42,321 nt of DNA from a virus. Taxonomy: Duplodnaviria; Caudoviricetes. The position numbers and the translations under genes were made by a program. Shown here one piece after another: positions 10,424-18,652 of this stretch; the stretch's first letter is position 1, and every line of letters starts with the position of its first letter. The notes under the pieces are model-generated. The model had not been told where the DNA came from and did no database searches. It saw only the letters and a list, made by a program, of their open reading frames with translations. The DNA lies in the IMG/VR virus record IMGVR_UViG_3300020045_007012, positions 1 to 42,321 of that record, one strand, 5' to 3'.

Positions 10424-10469
10424 TCCCCAACACTACACTTCGTGGTAAAATATAGAAGTCCACACCTCC

Positions 10470-11264
10470 ATGCCCTCAGTAATCGAAAAACTAAGAAAAA
10501 ACAGAATTAAGGCCAAACAGAGCCGTATTTCTCTTGATTTTGACCCATTGTATGAGATGGCTGAAACCATCAGCAAACAACACATGAACGATGTTGGCAA
10601 GGAATACGCTGAAAAGATGCAAGAGGCCTTCCGATCAATCCTAGAAAAGTGGGTTGAGGTCATTTCTTCCACCACACAGGAGCAACTGACCAAAGCATAT
10701 TCCTCCATCGAAAATGACATACAGAAAGTAGCCGACCTCTTGGTAGAATACAAAACAAAAGCTGACTCCATCACATCTAATGTAGAGGAGTTTCGCGGGC
10801 CAAAGGGTGACAAAGGAGATGCTGGATACACACCATTAAAGAATAGGGATTATTTCGATGGGAAAAAAGGCGACAAAGGAGACGCTGGAAGCCCTGATAC
10901 ACCTAATCAAGTGGTGCAGAAGGTGAACTCTGCTAACGAGAAGGTGCAACCATCTTCTATTGACGGTCTCCTAGAGATGTTCGCTGAAATAAAGCGTGAG
11001 ATACAGAAAAAGGGTGGGGGTGGAAAGTCAGGAGGAGGAATGGGTAATGTCACCCACCAACATGAATCTATTTCTTCCGCAACCACTACAGTCACCACAG
11101 CCTATAAAATCGGCGGGAATGGATTTGCTCTCTGGGTGTACTACAATGGCCAATTCCTTGCACGGGGTACTGACTACACCGTGGGAGCGGATAATAGGGC
11201 AATTTCTTTGCTGTTTACCCCACAGGATGACACTGTCCTTGACGTAACATACATTCGCTCATGA
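10470..11264 (+). CDS. Collagen-repeat/coiled-coil virion protein
   Basis: GPKGDKGDAG and GKKGDKGDAG triplets; C-terminal VYYNGQFL..GTDYTV beta domain; TGGTAAAAT upstream. Confidence 0.65.
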   Translation: MPSVIEKLRKNRIKAKQSRISLDFDPLYEMAETISKQHMNDVGKEYAEKMQEAFRSILEKWVEVISSTTQEQLTKAYSSIENDIQKVADLLVEYKTKADSITSNVEEFRGPKGDKGDAGYTPLKNRDYFDGKKGDKGDAGSPDTPNQVVQKVNSANEKVQPSSIDGLLEMFAEIKREIQKKGGGGKSGGGMGNVTHQHESISSATTTVTTAYKIGGNGFALWVYYNGQFLARGTDYTVGADNRAISLLFTPQDDTVLDVTYIRS

Positions 11265-13045
11265 AAAAACTCCTCTCCATCATCTTAGGAATCTTCTTTC
11301 TCTCTATGGGAACTGCCTATGCGCTCCCGATCATCAATGGCCCCCAAGGCGGCACTGGCATCGGCTCCGCGACCGCAGGGGATGTAGGCGACTGCCTTGT
11401 CGTCTTAGACGACTCTCCATTTACGTATGAACTTGGCTCCTGTGGGTCTGGCTCCATCTCCGGCGGCACTGCAGGCACCATCGCCGCATGGACATCATCT
11501 TCCGCTCTCACAGGAACCTCCACGATCAACGCAAACGCTTTCAACGCGACATCTTCAACCTCAACCTTCAAAGGAATTGACACGGATAACGCCCGAATCT
11601 CGAATCTCACCTCCGCTCTCCTCATCGTCAATGGCTCTGGGTATATCGGAGAAGCCGTTGCCGACACTGACTATCAGGTAGCACTCACCTTCGGCGACGG
11701 CCTCACACGCACAGCCAACGATGTAGACTGCGACACGGCCTCCGGCTCCGTTTTCGGCTGTCTCTCATCGGCAGACTGGACGACGTTCAATAACAAAATC
11801 TCGGCTTCAACAACAGCAATTTCACTTCTCAACGCCCTATTTGTAGGCAGAACATCTACTACGACCATTCGCGGAGACACCACAGCATCCTCTACCTTCT
11901 CCTATGGCCTTGCACTCAATGGCGGGTCTATCTCTTCTCCTTCTTGGGCTGTAGCATCCTGCGATGTGAAAGCAGATTCATCTACAGGGCATCTCTACTG
12001 TGGGACTGATGCAACTGGGGGAGGGGGAGAAGTGAACTGGACCTACAACTATGCTGGACTGACCCGTGTAACAACGACTACTTCACAAGTTTTGATTGGC
12101 GCGAGCGCAACGACCACGAACTCCCTCTTAGAAATCAACTCCTCTGCCATAACCTCTCTGTTCTCCGTAGCAAGTGGAACGGAAAAATACTTCACTGTTG
12201 TTGGAACAAGCACAAACCCACACGGTTCAGTCATTATTGGGACATCAACACAATATGGGTTCACTGACGGGCTAGACCCACTCTTTGTTGATGGTCCCAT
12301 AAGCACAGGGGATTGGGTTTATTCGGAATGTAATGCACTTATTAGTAATACTACAAATAGCACTTCTGGAACGACTGCTTGTGATGAGGATTTTGTGTAT
12401 TATGAGGATTCTGGTGGCGGTGGATTGCTTGATACTATTGCAGCAAGTTCAAGTAATCCATATCTTCGACTTCGTGTGCAATTAGGTCAGACAGCAAACA
12501 ATGGGGCCGGACTGTTTGTTTTTCCAAGTAATTCTGGTGGGACTCCCGTTGGTGGGTGGATTGGACTTGCCACAAACACTCCGGTCATGGAAGCAAAACT
12601 ACAAACCACACTGAATGCCACTGGAACTAACTATTATTTTGGACTGACAAATTTGACGATCAACGGCTCGACATACGAAGTTGCTCCTACCGCAGGATGC
12701 TATTGGACGGCATCAACTACACAAGCGAATTGGATTGCTATCTGTTCAACTACCGCATCGAACATGGTGCTCATAGACTCTGGTATTGCATCATCAAGTG
12801 TTGTGAGATTATACCTTTCTGCTACCGACAAGAAAATGATTTTTGCCATTGAATCGAAAACGCAAAAGAAAACCGCATATATCACCGACACATCATTTTT
12901 CCCCCCAGATGGGGTGGTTGGACTCTACCCCGGTCTTCATGTTGGTGTTGTGACACCAGCCGCCGTAGGAACTATTCGTGGCTTCTACATCAACTATGTA
13001 AAAGTATGGATACGTCTAAATCCATTTTTTATCAACTTACCATAA
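11261..13045 (+). CDS. Putative receptor-binding fibre/spike protein with Sec signal peptide
   Basis: MKKLLSIILGIFFLSMGTAYA leader with A-X-A site; QGGTG and DWTTFNNK fibre-type motifs; 10 Cys; C-terminal beta-sandwich-like domain. Confidence 0.65.
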   Translation: MKKLLSIILGIFFLSMGTAYALPIINGPQGGTGIGSATAGDVGDCLVVLDDSPFTYELGSCGSGSISGGTAGTIAAWTSSSALTGTSTINANAFNATSSTSTFKGIDTDNARISNLTSALLIVNGSGYIGEAVADTDYQVALTFGDGLTRTANDVDCDTASGSVFGCLSSADWTTFNNKISASTTAISLLNALFVGRTSTTTIRGDTTASSTFSYGLALNGGSISSPSWAVASCDVKADSSTGHLYCGTDATGGGGEVNWTYNYAGLTRVTTTTSQVLIGASATTTNSLLEINSSAITSLFSVASGTEKYFTVVGTSTNPHGSVIIGTSTQYGFTDGLDPLFVDGPISTGDWVYSECNALISNTTNSTSGTTACDEDFVYYEDSGGGGLLDTIAASSSNPYLRLRVQLGQTANNGAGLFVFPSNSGGTPVGGWIGLATNTPVMEAKLQTTLNATGTNYYFGLTNLTINGSTYEVAPTAGCYWTASTTQANWIAICSTTASNMVLIDSGIASSSVVRLYLSATDKKMIFAIESKTQKKTAYITDTSFFPPDGVVGLYPGLHVGVVTPAAVGTIRGFYINYVKVWIRLNPFFINLP

Positions 13046-13054
13046 ATAAAAAAC

Positions 13055-13693
13055 ATGAAAGCAATCGTAGAAACTGTGAAAATCAACACGACAGTAAAGA
13101 AATTGGAGCCGGGCTTTATTATCTATGACGAAAATGGTGTATCACCAACAATCAGTGTCGGAGTTGGTCTTCTTGACATATTCTATACCACTCTCCCTAG
13201 TAAAGAATACATCCACAACCTCATTATTGCTGGTGTAGTGGATTATGCGGTAAATACAGAAGGAATTACTGGGTTCACTGCTAAAGATGTTGTATCAACT
13301 GGCTTCCCCTTCCCAACCTTCCACGAAGCGCAGATCACTACAGGAGTCCGTGCGACCGTGAACGGGAAGAATACTGGAAAGACCATCATCTGGGCGAACA
13401 CTTCGGGCCGAAAGTTCCTCCCACTCAATTTTACCCTCTACACAACGAACGTATCAGGCGCAGGGCAAAACCCTGCCGGAAGCATTGGGAGTAACGACCC
13501 AGACTGCGATGATGCCAGAAATGCCGTTCCATTCGCTGGAACTGCGGCAACAGGAAAGATAAAGTTCTTTAACGTGGATAACGACGCGAACCCCGTTCTT
13601 CCTGGTGGAGAACTGTGCATCAACATTACCGACGCCTCTACCCGTACAACCTTCGACTTCATCATCGTCGCCACAGGCATCTTCGTGGACTGA
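13055..13693 (+). CDS. Hypothetical beta-rich protein, probably structural
   Basis: 212 aa ORF tightly following the fibre gene. Confidence 0.5.
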   Translation: MKAIVETVKINTTVKKLEPGFIIYDENGVSPTISVGVGLLDIFYTTLPSKEYIHNLIIAGVVDYAVNTEGITGFTAKDVVSTGFPFPTFHEAQITTGVRATVNGKNTGKTIIWANTSGRKFLPLNFTLYTTNVSGAGQNPAGSIGSNDPDCDDARNAVPFAGTAATGKIKFFNVDNDANPVLPGGELCINITDASTRTTFDFIIVATGIFVD

Positions 13694-13722
13694 CCAAGAC
13701 AAAAATGGTAAAATGATACTTT

Positions 13723-13863
13723 ATGAGTGAAGAAAACGCCTCATTCCTAGACCTCGGTTTCATGTTCCTTCTTGGACTAGGGTTTATATGTATGGCTGTT
13801 TTTGCTTTAGTCCTCTTTCCATTCCATAGCGTCAGGAAGTGGGTGAAAAGCAAAATGATATGA
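13723..13863 (+). CDS. 46-aa single-pass membrane peptide
   Basis: MSEENASFLDLGFMFLLGLGFICMAVFALVLFPFHSVRKWVKSKMI*; TGGTAAAAT ends 8 nt upstream; ATGA overlap with next gene. Confidence 0.55.
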   Translation: MSEENASFLDLGFMFLLGLGFICMAVFALVLFPFHSVRKWVKSKMI

Positions 13864-14135
13864 CTCGTTACACCAAAGGAACTATCGCCGCCACCGCCCT
13901 CTTCACCGTAGGGGCTGGGACGTTTCTTGGCCTTATTGGGATTGTCTACGCCTCTCTCACAGGGCAAGTAGAAAAGACCGCAGATGAAACACGAGTGAAC
14001 ACTGTAGAAATCGCTGTCATCAAACAACAGGTATCCTCCATCCCAGAAATGGACAAGAAAATGGACCTGATACTGCAAAATCAGGCCTTTATGGGTTCCC
14101 TTCAGGGAATACGATTAGCCACAAGCACACCATGA
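13860..14135 (+). CDS. Membrane-anchored coiled-coil protein of lysis region (holin/antiholin-like)
   Basis: One TM helix followed by heptad-like segment; ends LATSTP. Confidence 0.5.
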   Translation: MTRYTKGTIAATALFTVGAGTFLGLIGIVYASLTGQVEKTADETRVNTVEIAVIKQQVSSIPEMDKKMDLILQNQAFMGSLQGIRLATSTP

Positions 14136-14269
14136 ACTACGAAGAACAATTCCCTATATGCCGCGAACATTACTTTGGTATCTTTAATCACGGAAACCCT
14201 TGTGAACTCTGCCCTGTGGAGGATGTTGTATTTATAAAAGAAGAAAAGTACCCACCCCAAATAGTATGA
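14132..14269 (+). CDS. 45-aa putative zinc-binding peptide
   Basis: CREH...CELC; ATGA overlaps at both ends. Confidence 0.5.
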   Translation: MNYEEQFPICREHYFGIFNHGNPCELCPVEDVVFIKEEKYPPQIV

Positions 14270-15666
14270 ACGGTACAGGACTCTTACCCTATATCAAGGA
14301 TGAGCGAGACTTGAAACTCGGAGGATTTTTCGACCAGCCCTTTCTTGCAGACCTACCTAGTGAATACGTCATTGAGGGATGGAAGATAAAAGACCAGAAG
14401 AGCAGTGATTTTTGTTCCGCTTTCGCCTTCTGTGGACTCTCTGAATTACAGGAAGGCGTAGAACTCTCCCCAGAGTTTTCCTTTGCCCTCTCGAAGTTAC
14501 TTTCAGGGGATGTGGACGGATGGGGACAAGATCTCAAAAGTGCGGCATCTACATTGGTCAAATGGGGGTCGTTGAAAAAGTCTGACGCACCCTTTTCCCT
14601 TGAAACGAAAGACCCGCAGTTCCTTCGACGAATAGAAAACTGGGGTGATACATCGAAACTTCTCAACAACGCCATCACCCACTCAAAGGAGGGATACTAC
14701 AAAACATCTGGCCGATACCTTGGTTTTGATAACATTCGTTCGTGGCTGTGGAAGTTCAAGGATGAGCGCCGGGCCGTGGCCTCTGGTATCTTGTGGGGAT
14801 GGGACACAGACAACGCTGTCATAGAAACTATCCCAGCACAAGGAGATGGCCACGCCGTCGCGTACATAGGATGGTCGAAGCATCAAGTACACCCAGATGG
14901 GAAAATAAATCCACAAAAACCCTTTCCTGATGGAAAGACACGAATGATACTCGCTAATTCATGGGGAACTTCTGTGGGAGATAATGGATTTTTTTACATT
15001 GACCCAGAAGTCATCAACCACTTTGTAGACATCTATGGTGGCCTGATGTTCAAGGACATCACCCCCGAGCGTGCTCGCTTCCTCCAAAAGAATGGACTGA
15101 AACAGGACGGGGCGAAGATAAAGGAACTTCTTAAACCCCTGTGGAACAAGGTATACCTCCTCCTCGCTGAATTGATCGCGGAACTCTACACGACCAAATA
15201 TCCTACCGAGAACCCAACAGAAATCATTGTAGAGCCGGACATCCCTGTAAAAACTGCTTCCCAGTACCTCCTAGAGGCCGCTATTGCTTGTGAGGGGAGG
15301 GATATGGCGAAGACTCAAGATGTCTTCGGCTGTGCTGAAAGTCTGAACGCCGTGCATAAACTGGCCTTTGGGGCCGAGATAGGAGGGACGACATCAACCT
15401 ATCGTCTGTTTCAAGCCCTTAGAATGGACAAAACCTTTCAGAAAGTTACCAATCCTCTGCCGGGGGACATCATAATCTGTGTCACCAGCCAAGGGAACGG
15501 AACCATCCCGAACGGCCACACAGGAATTGTCGGCGAGGAAAGTGCCATCTGGTCGAGCAACGCAAAAACATTCAAGTGGGACAAACACTTCACGCTCTTT
15601 TCTTGGAAACTCTACTACGAGAAAAAAGGTGGGTATCCTACACATCTGTTTAGAAAAGTGGTATAA
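14266..15666 (+). CDS. Papain-like (C1) cysteine peptidase fused to CHAP/NlpC-P60-like domain; candidate endolysin
   Basis: C1 motifs DQKSSDFCSAFA, GHAVAYIGW, ANSWG; second domain GCAESLN...PGDIII...GHTGIV; adjacent to holin-like gene. Confidence 0.75.
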   Translation: MNGTGLLPYIKDERDLKLGGFFDQPFLADLPSEYVIEGWKIKDQKSSDFCSAFAFCGLSELQEGVELSPEFSFALSKLLSGDVDGWGQDLKSAASTLVKWGSLKKSDAPFSLETKDPQFLRRIENWGDTSKLLNNAITHSKEGYYKTSGRYLGFDNIRSWLWKFKDERRAVASGILWGWDTDNAVIETIPAQGDGHAVAYIGWSKHQVHPDGKINPQKPFPDGKTRMILANSWGTSVGDNGFFYIDPEVINHFVDIYGGLMFKDITPERARFLQKNGLKQDGAKIKELLKPLWNKVYLLLAELIAELYTTKYPTENPTEIIVEPDIPVKTASQYLLEAAIACEGRDMAKTQDVFGCAESLNAVHKLAFGAEIGGTTSTYRLFQALRMDKTFQKVTNPLPGDIIICVTSQGNGTIPNGHTGIVGEESAIWSSNAKTFKWDKHFTLFSWKLYYEKKGGYPTHLFRKVV

Positions 15667-15696
15667 TCCCCTTAGATTACTAGCCATATATTTTTT

Positions 15697-15945
15697 ATGA
15701 ATAGCGCATTTGGAAAACTTAACCTTGGAGACATCGGGCGCGGACTCGTAACCGCCATCTTCGCAGGTCTCATCAGTGTTCTCTACGGAGTAACCGCACA
15801 GGCGGGCTTTGATCTGTTCAGCGCAGACTGGGCCGTGATAGGAAAGCAAGTGTTGAACATCAGTCTGACGACATTTCTCGCCTATATGTCGAAAAATCTC
15901 TTGACTGATAGTAGTGGAAGAGTCCTCGGAGTACCGATGAAGTAA
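15697..15945 (+). CDS. Holin-like membrane protein
   Basis: 82 aa, two hydrophobic helices, after the peptidase; TGGTATAAT upstream, terminator downstream. Confidence 0.65.
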   Translation: MNSAFGKLNLGDIGRGLVTAIFAGLISVLYGVTAQAGFDLFSADWAVIGKQVLNISLTTFLAYMSKNLLTDSSGRVLGVPMK

Positions 15946-15946
15946 C

Positions 15947-15973
15947 AATCGCCCCCTAAGTGGGGCGGTTTTT
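15947..15973 (+). terminator. Intrinsic terminator
   Basis: AATCGCCCC-CTAAGT-GGGGCGGTT followed by T-run. Confidence 0.75.
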
Positions 15974-16210
15974 ATGCAAGTAGTCCATATCACATGGATA
16001 GATGCAGAGTCCCCTCCTGAAACATGGATGGAGGATGAGGAGGTTCCCAAGTACCTTAAAAAAGACACGACAGTAGAGTCCTGCGGGTTTCTCGTCGCGG
16101 AAGATAAGAAATATATCCTTTTAGCACTTGATAGGGATTTAGATGGAGCATGGGGTTCCATGACAAAAATACCAAAGTCCCTGATAGTTAAACGTAAAGT
16201 TATGAGATGA
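15974..16210 (+). CDS. Small hypothetical phage protein
   Basis: 78 aa, WxDA...SxGFL pattern; coupled by ATGA to the exonuclease. Confidence 0.55.
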   Translation: MQVVHITWIDAESPPETWMEDEEVPKYLKKDTTVESCGFLVAEDKKYILLALDRDLDGAWGSMTKIPKSLIVKRKVMR

Positions 16211-17022
16211 ACTCTCCACCTACACGGGACGGTAAAGTCCCCTCACGATGCCTGTTTTTAGATATTGAAACATTCCCCTATGAAGGCCTTGCGTGGCAAA
16301 AACATGAGACGGAACTCATGGAAATCTCCTCTGGGGGAGAGATAGCATCTATCGCATGGAAGTGGATGGGAGAAAAAACAACCCACGTCTTAGCCCTCTG
16401 TGATTTACCGGGATACAAAAAAGGCGTGAAGGATGATTTTAAGCTACTGGAACACATATGGAAACTCCTCGATGAGGCGGATGTCCTGATTTACCAAAAC
16501 GGCGATGCCTTTGATCTGCGAATGATACGTTCCCGCCTCCTTGTGCATAAGTTCACCCCCCCAAGACCAGCACAGAGCATTGATACCTTGAAGGCCCTCC
16601 GGCGGATAGGACGCTTCCCATCAAACAAATTAGACGAAGTGTGCGCGCAATTAGGGATAGGACGAAAGATACGCCACGATGGATTGGCGATGTGGATAGG
16701 ATGCCGGGATGGGGATATGAAGATGTGGGAGAAAATGAAGGTCTATAACAAGCATGACATTTTCTTACTGGAAGAATTGTACTACTACCTTCGCCCGTGG
16801 ATACAGAACCATCCTAACTTAGCGAAGAACCCAGTGATCGGCGACCGCCCAAAGTGTCCTATCTGTGGAACAGCAAACCCACGCTTCCGAGGATATAAAT
16901 ATCTTACCGTCAGTGTGAAAAGACAATGGTATTGTCGAGGGTGTGGGCACTGTTACCTCACAACCCTTCCACGGTCAGAATATAACGATACCGTGAAAGG
17001 AAACATCGGGCGTTTTGCCTAG
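16207..17022 (+). CDS. RNase H-like / DnaQ-type 3'-5' exonuclease with C-terminal zinc ribbon
   Basis: Exo motifs LDIET, NGDAFDL, YNKHD; CPICG...CRGCG. Confidence 0.8.
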   Translation: MNSPPTRDGKVPSRCLFLDIETFPYEGLAWQKHETELMEISSGGEIASIAWKWMGEKTTHVLALCDLPGYKKGVKDDFKLLEHIWKLLDEADVLIYQNGDAFDLRMIRSRLLVHKFTPPRPAQSIDTLKALRRIGRFPSNKLDEVCAQLGIGRKIRHDGLAMWIGCRDGDMKMWEKMKVYNKHDIFLLEELYYYLRPWIQNHPNLAKNPVIGDRPKCPICGTANPRFRGYKYLTVSVKRQWYCRGCGHCYLTTLPRSEYNDTVKGNIGRFA

Positions 17023-17046
17023 ATTTACCCCCTAAACCTACGCATC

Positions 17047-17075
17047 TTGTACAAAACCTACGCACCTGATATACT
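17047..17075 (+). promoter_or_regulatory. Sigma70-type promoter with overlapping direct repeats
   Basis: TTGTAC-17 nt-TATACT with TG extension; AAACCTACGCA at 17034 and 17054. Confidence 0.7.
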
Positions 17076-17080
17076 TCCCC

Positions 17081-17156
17081 ATGGAACACCCCCCCGTTCC
17101 ATTAGGTCAGCTTCATAGCCGACCTTCGGCCCCCACTTTCGCTGGGGGCCTTTTTC
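17081..17156 (+). ncRNA. Candidate three-hairpin small RNA
   Basis: Own promoter; three consecutive hairpins, the last being a GC-rich terminator with U-run. Confidence 0.6.
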
Positions 17157-17223
17157 TATCGGTTAGTACATGTTAACCCATAAGGATATTGCAACCAGAG
17201 CACAACTGTGGTATCGTGTACAT

Positions 17224-17293
17224 AGTGAGCGGGAACCTGACCGAACTCGCCACCCTAGGAAGGAGGCCCCGTATTGGGGTTTTCTTTTTGTTT
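17224..17293 (+). ncRNA. Second candidate small RNA
   Basis: TTGCAA-17-TATCGT promoter at 17189..17217; one hairpin plus terminator-like GGCCCC/GGGGTT with U-run. Confidence 0.4.
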
Positions 17294-17304
17294 CACATGG
17301 AACG
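17289..17304. promoter_or_regulatory. parS-like imperfect palindrome
   Basis: TGTTTCACATGGAACG, 14/16 match to TGTTTCACGTGGAACA. Confidence 0.35.
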
Positions 17305-17331
17305 GTTTTGGTGTAATATGAAAATGTCTCA

Positions 17332-18078
17332 CTAGAGGATACGACCAATGCGTTTTTCAGCTATTTCGCAGTATATTTTAGAAATATCAATCCCAATGTA
17401 TCTTCTCCGTAGTTCTTTCGCGGCAACACAAGTAGTCCCACTCCCACAAAAAGGATCAATAACTAAATCCCCCTCATTGCTCCAAGAGTAGATGTGGTCT
17501 TTTGCGAGTTGGATTGGGAAGATTGCTGGGTGTCCATAGTTAGTCCCAGCAACGATATAATCAAAAACATTGCTTTTTATCTTTGTATCAAGTGTTTTTA
17601 CGGTTGTGTTCTTTCTCCTGATACTTTCAGGATTTGTTGTGTGCGTCTTTAATAGCTTTCCTGCGTATTTACACGGTTCTCTGAGCATGTTCGCTGTTTT
17701 TGGCTTACCTTTACTAAATACGAACATATACTCAAACGATGGTGTGTACCTGTTCTTTTGGATGTGTGGCATTGGGTTTGGCTTTCTCCATATCATTGTG
17801 TCGTGTAGATTGAAACCAGCTTCCTTAAAAAGGAGGGCTTGCCTGAAACTTGTTCCCGTTTCGCTCCCATTCTTTGTCTTGTCAGACACAACCCAAACAC
17901 ACATACCACCATCCTTTGTGATACGAAAAATCTCCCTTGCTGTGTTCAGGAAGTCAAAGGAATAGCCGTTGTACTCACGGAGATCATCGTAAGGAGGAGA
18001 CGTTAAAACCAAGTCTACTAATCCATCGGGTATTTTTCTCATTATTTCCAAGCAGTCTCCTTGGATTATTTTATCCAT
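17332..18078 (-). CDS. Beta-class DNA amino-methyltransferase (probably N4-cytosine)
   Basis: TSPPY precedes DPFCGSGTT; HPAIFP; likely start MDKIIQGD at 18078. Confidence 0.9.
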   Translation of the reverse strand: MDKIIQGDCLEIMRKIPDGLVDLVLTSPPYDDLREYNGYSFDFLNTAREIFRITKDGGMCVWVVSDKTKNGSETGTSFRQALLFKEAGFNLHDTMIWRKPNPMPHIQKNRYTPSFEYMFVFSKGKPKTANMLREPCKYAGKLLKTHTTNPESIRRKNTTVKTLDTKIKSNVFDYIVAGTNYGHPAIFPIQLAKDHIYSWSNEGDLVIDPFCGSGTTCVAAKELRRRYIGIDISKIYCEIAEKRIGRIL

Positions 18079-18176
18079 GAATGTTTCACTAAGCTCCAAC
18101 CACCAGTGAGCCGTATAAACTTCCTCACCATCTCCCATTCTTTTTTGGATATACCACATCGTTTACACCTCTTCAT
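18066..18176 (-). CDS. 36-aa leaderless peptide with CxxC
   Basis: MKRCKRCGISKKEW...; TGGTAAGAT ends 6 nt before ATG; overlaps MTase start. Confidence 0.45.
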   Translation of the reverse strand: MKRCKRCGISKKEWEMVRKFIRLTGGWSLVKHSWIK

Positions 18177-18272
18177 ATATCTATCTTACCACCATAGCAA
18201 CCACAAAAATCGACTTTATCAACACCCGGAAATGGTGTAGAATTATCTAGTTCTATTCCATAAGGAGGACAA

Positions 18273-18380
18273 GTGAACAGCGTGCAAAGAAGTTGGGCCA
18301 TCCGAAAGAGCGGTAGAGACAGATACTACCGGCCACCGCTTTCTTGGATGAAGAGAAGGCCAAACCGAATAGTGAGGTGA
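18273..18380 (+). CDS. 35-aa basic peptide
   Basis: GTG start with AAGGAGG upstream, TAGAAT -10 element, terminator downstream. Confidence 0.35.
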   Translation: MNSVQRSWAIRKSGRDRYYRPPLSWMKRRPNRIVR

Positions 18381-18392
18381 TCCAGAAGCTTT

Positions 18393-18421
18393 GGGTGTCG
18401 TCGTGGACGATGCCCTTTTTT
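18393..18421 (+). terminator. Intrinsic terminator
   Basis: GGGTGTCGTC-GTG-GACGATGCCC then T-run. Confidence 0.65.
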
Positions 18422-18424
18422 ATG

Positions 18425-18652
18425 CCGACCTAGAAGCGGAACCCCAATGTGGAGATTGGGGGATGACAGGAGGTAAACCGTAAGACCCCGTAAGGAATCC
18501 CGTGTGCATATTCTTTGTATTTTGCACCCTCCAACCATCTAATTCCGCTTACAGTTCACCATAAACAGCGTCGGGGGCAATGCCCCCTAACTGTGTTCCC
18601 GGTGCGTTTCTTGCCAGTGTTTCAAGTTGTTCAAGATGCTCTCGAAGAACAT
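18425..18652 (-). ncRNA. Candidate multi-branched structured RNA
   Basis: Minus-strand TTGCGC-16-TATACT promoter; nested stems that pair better (G-U) on the minus strand; no convincing ORF. Confidence 0.45.

Noticed and set aside
15394-16161. 255-aa minus-strand ORF
   Set aside because: Antisense to three well-supported genes and a terminator; no motif support
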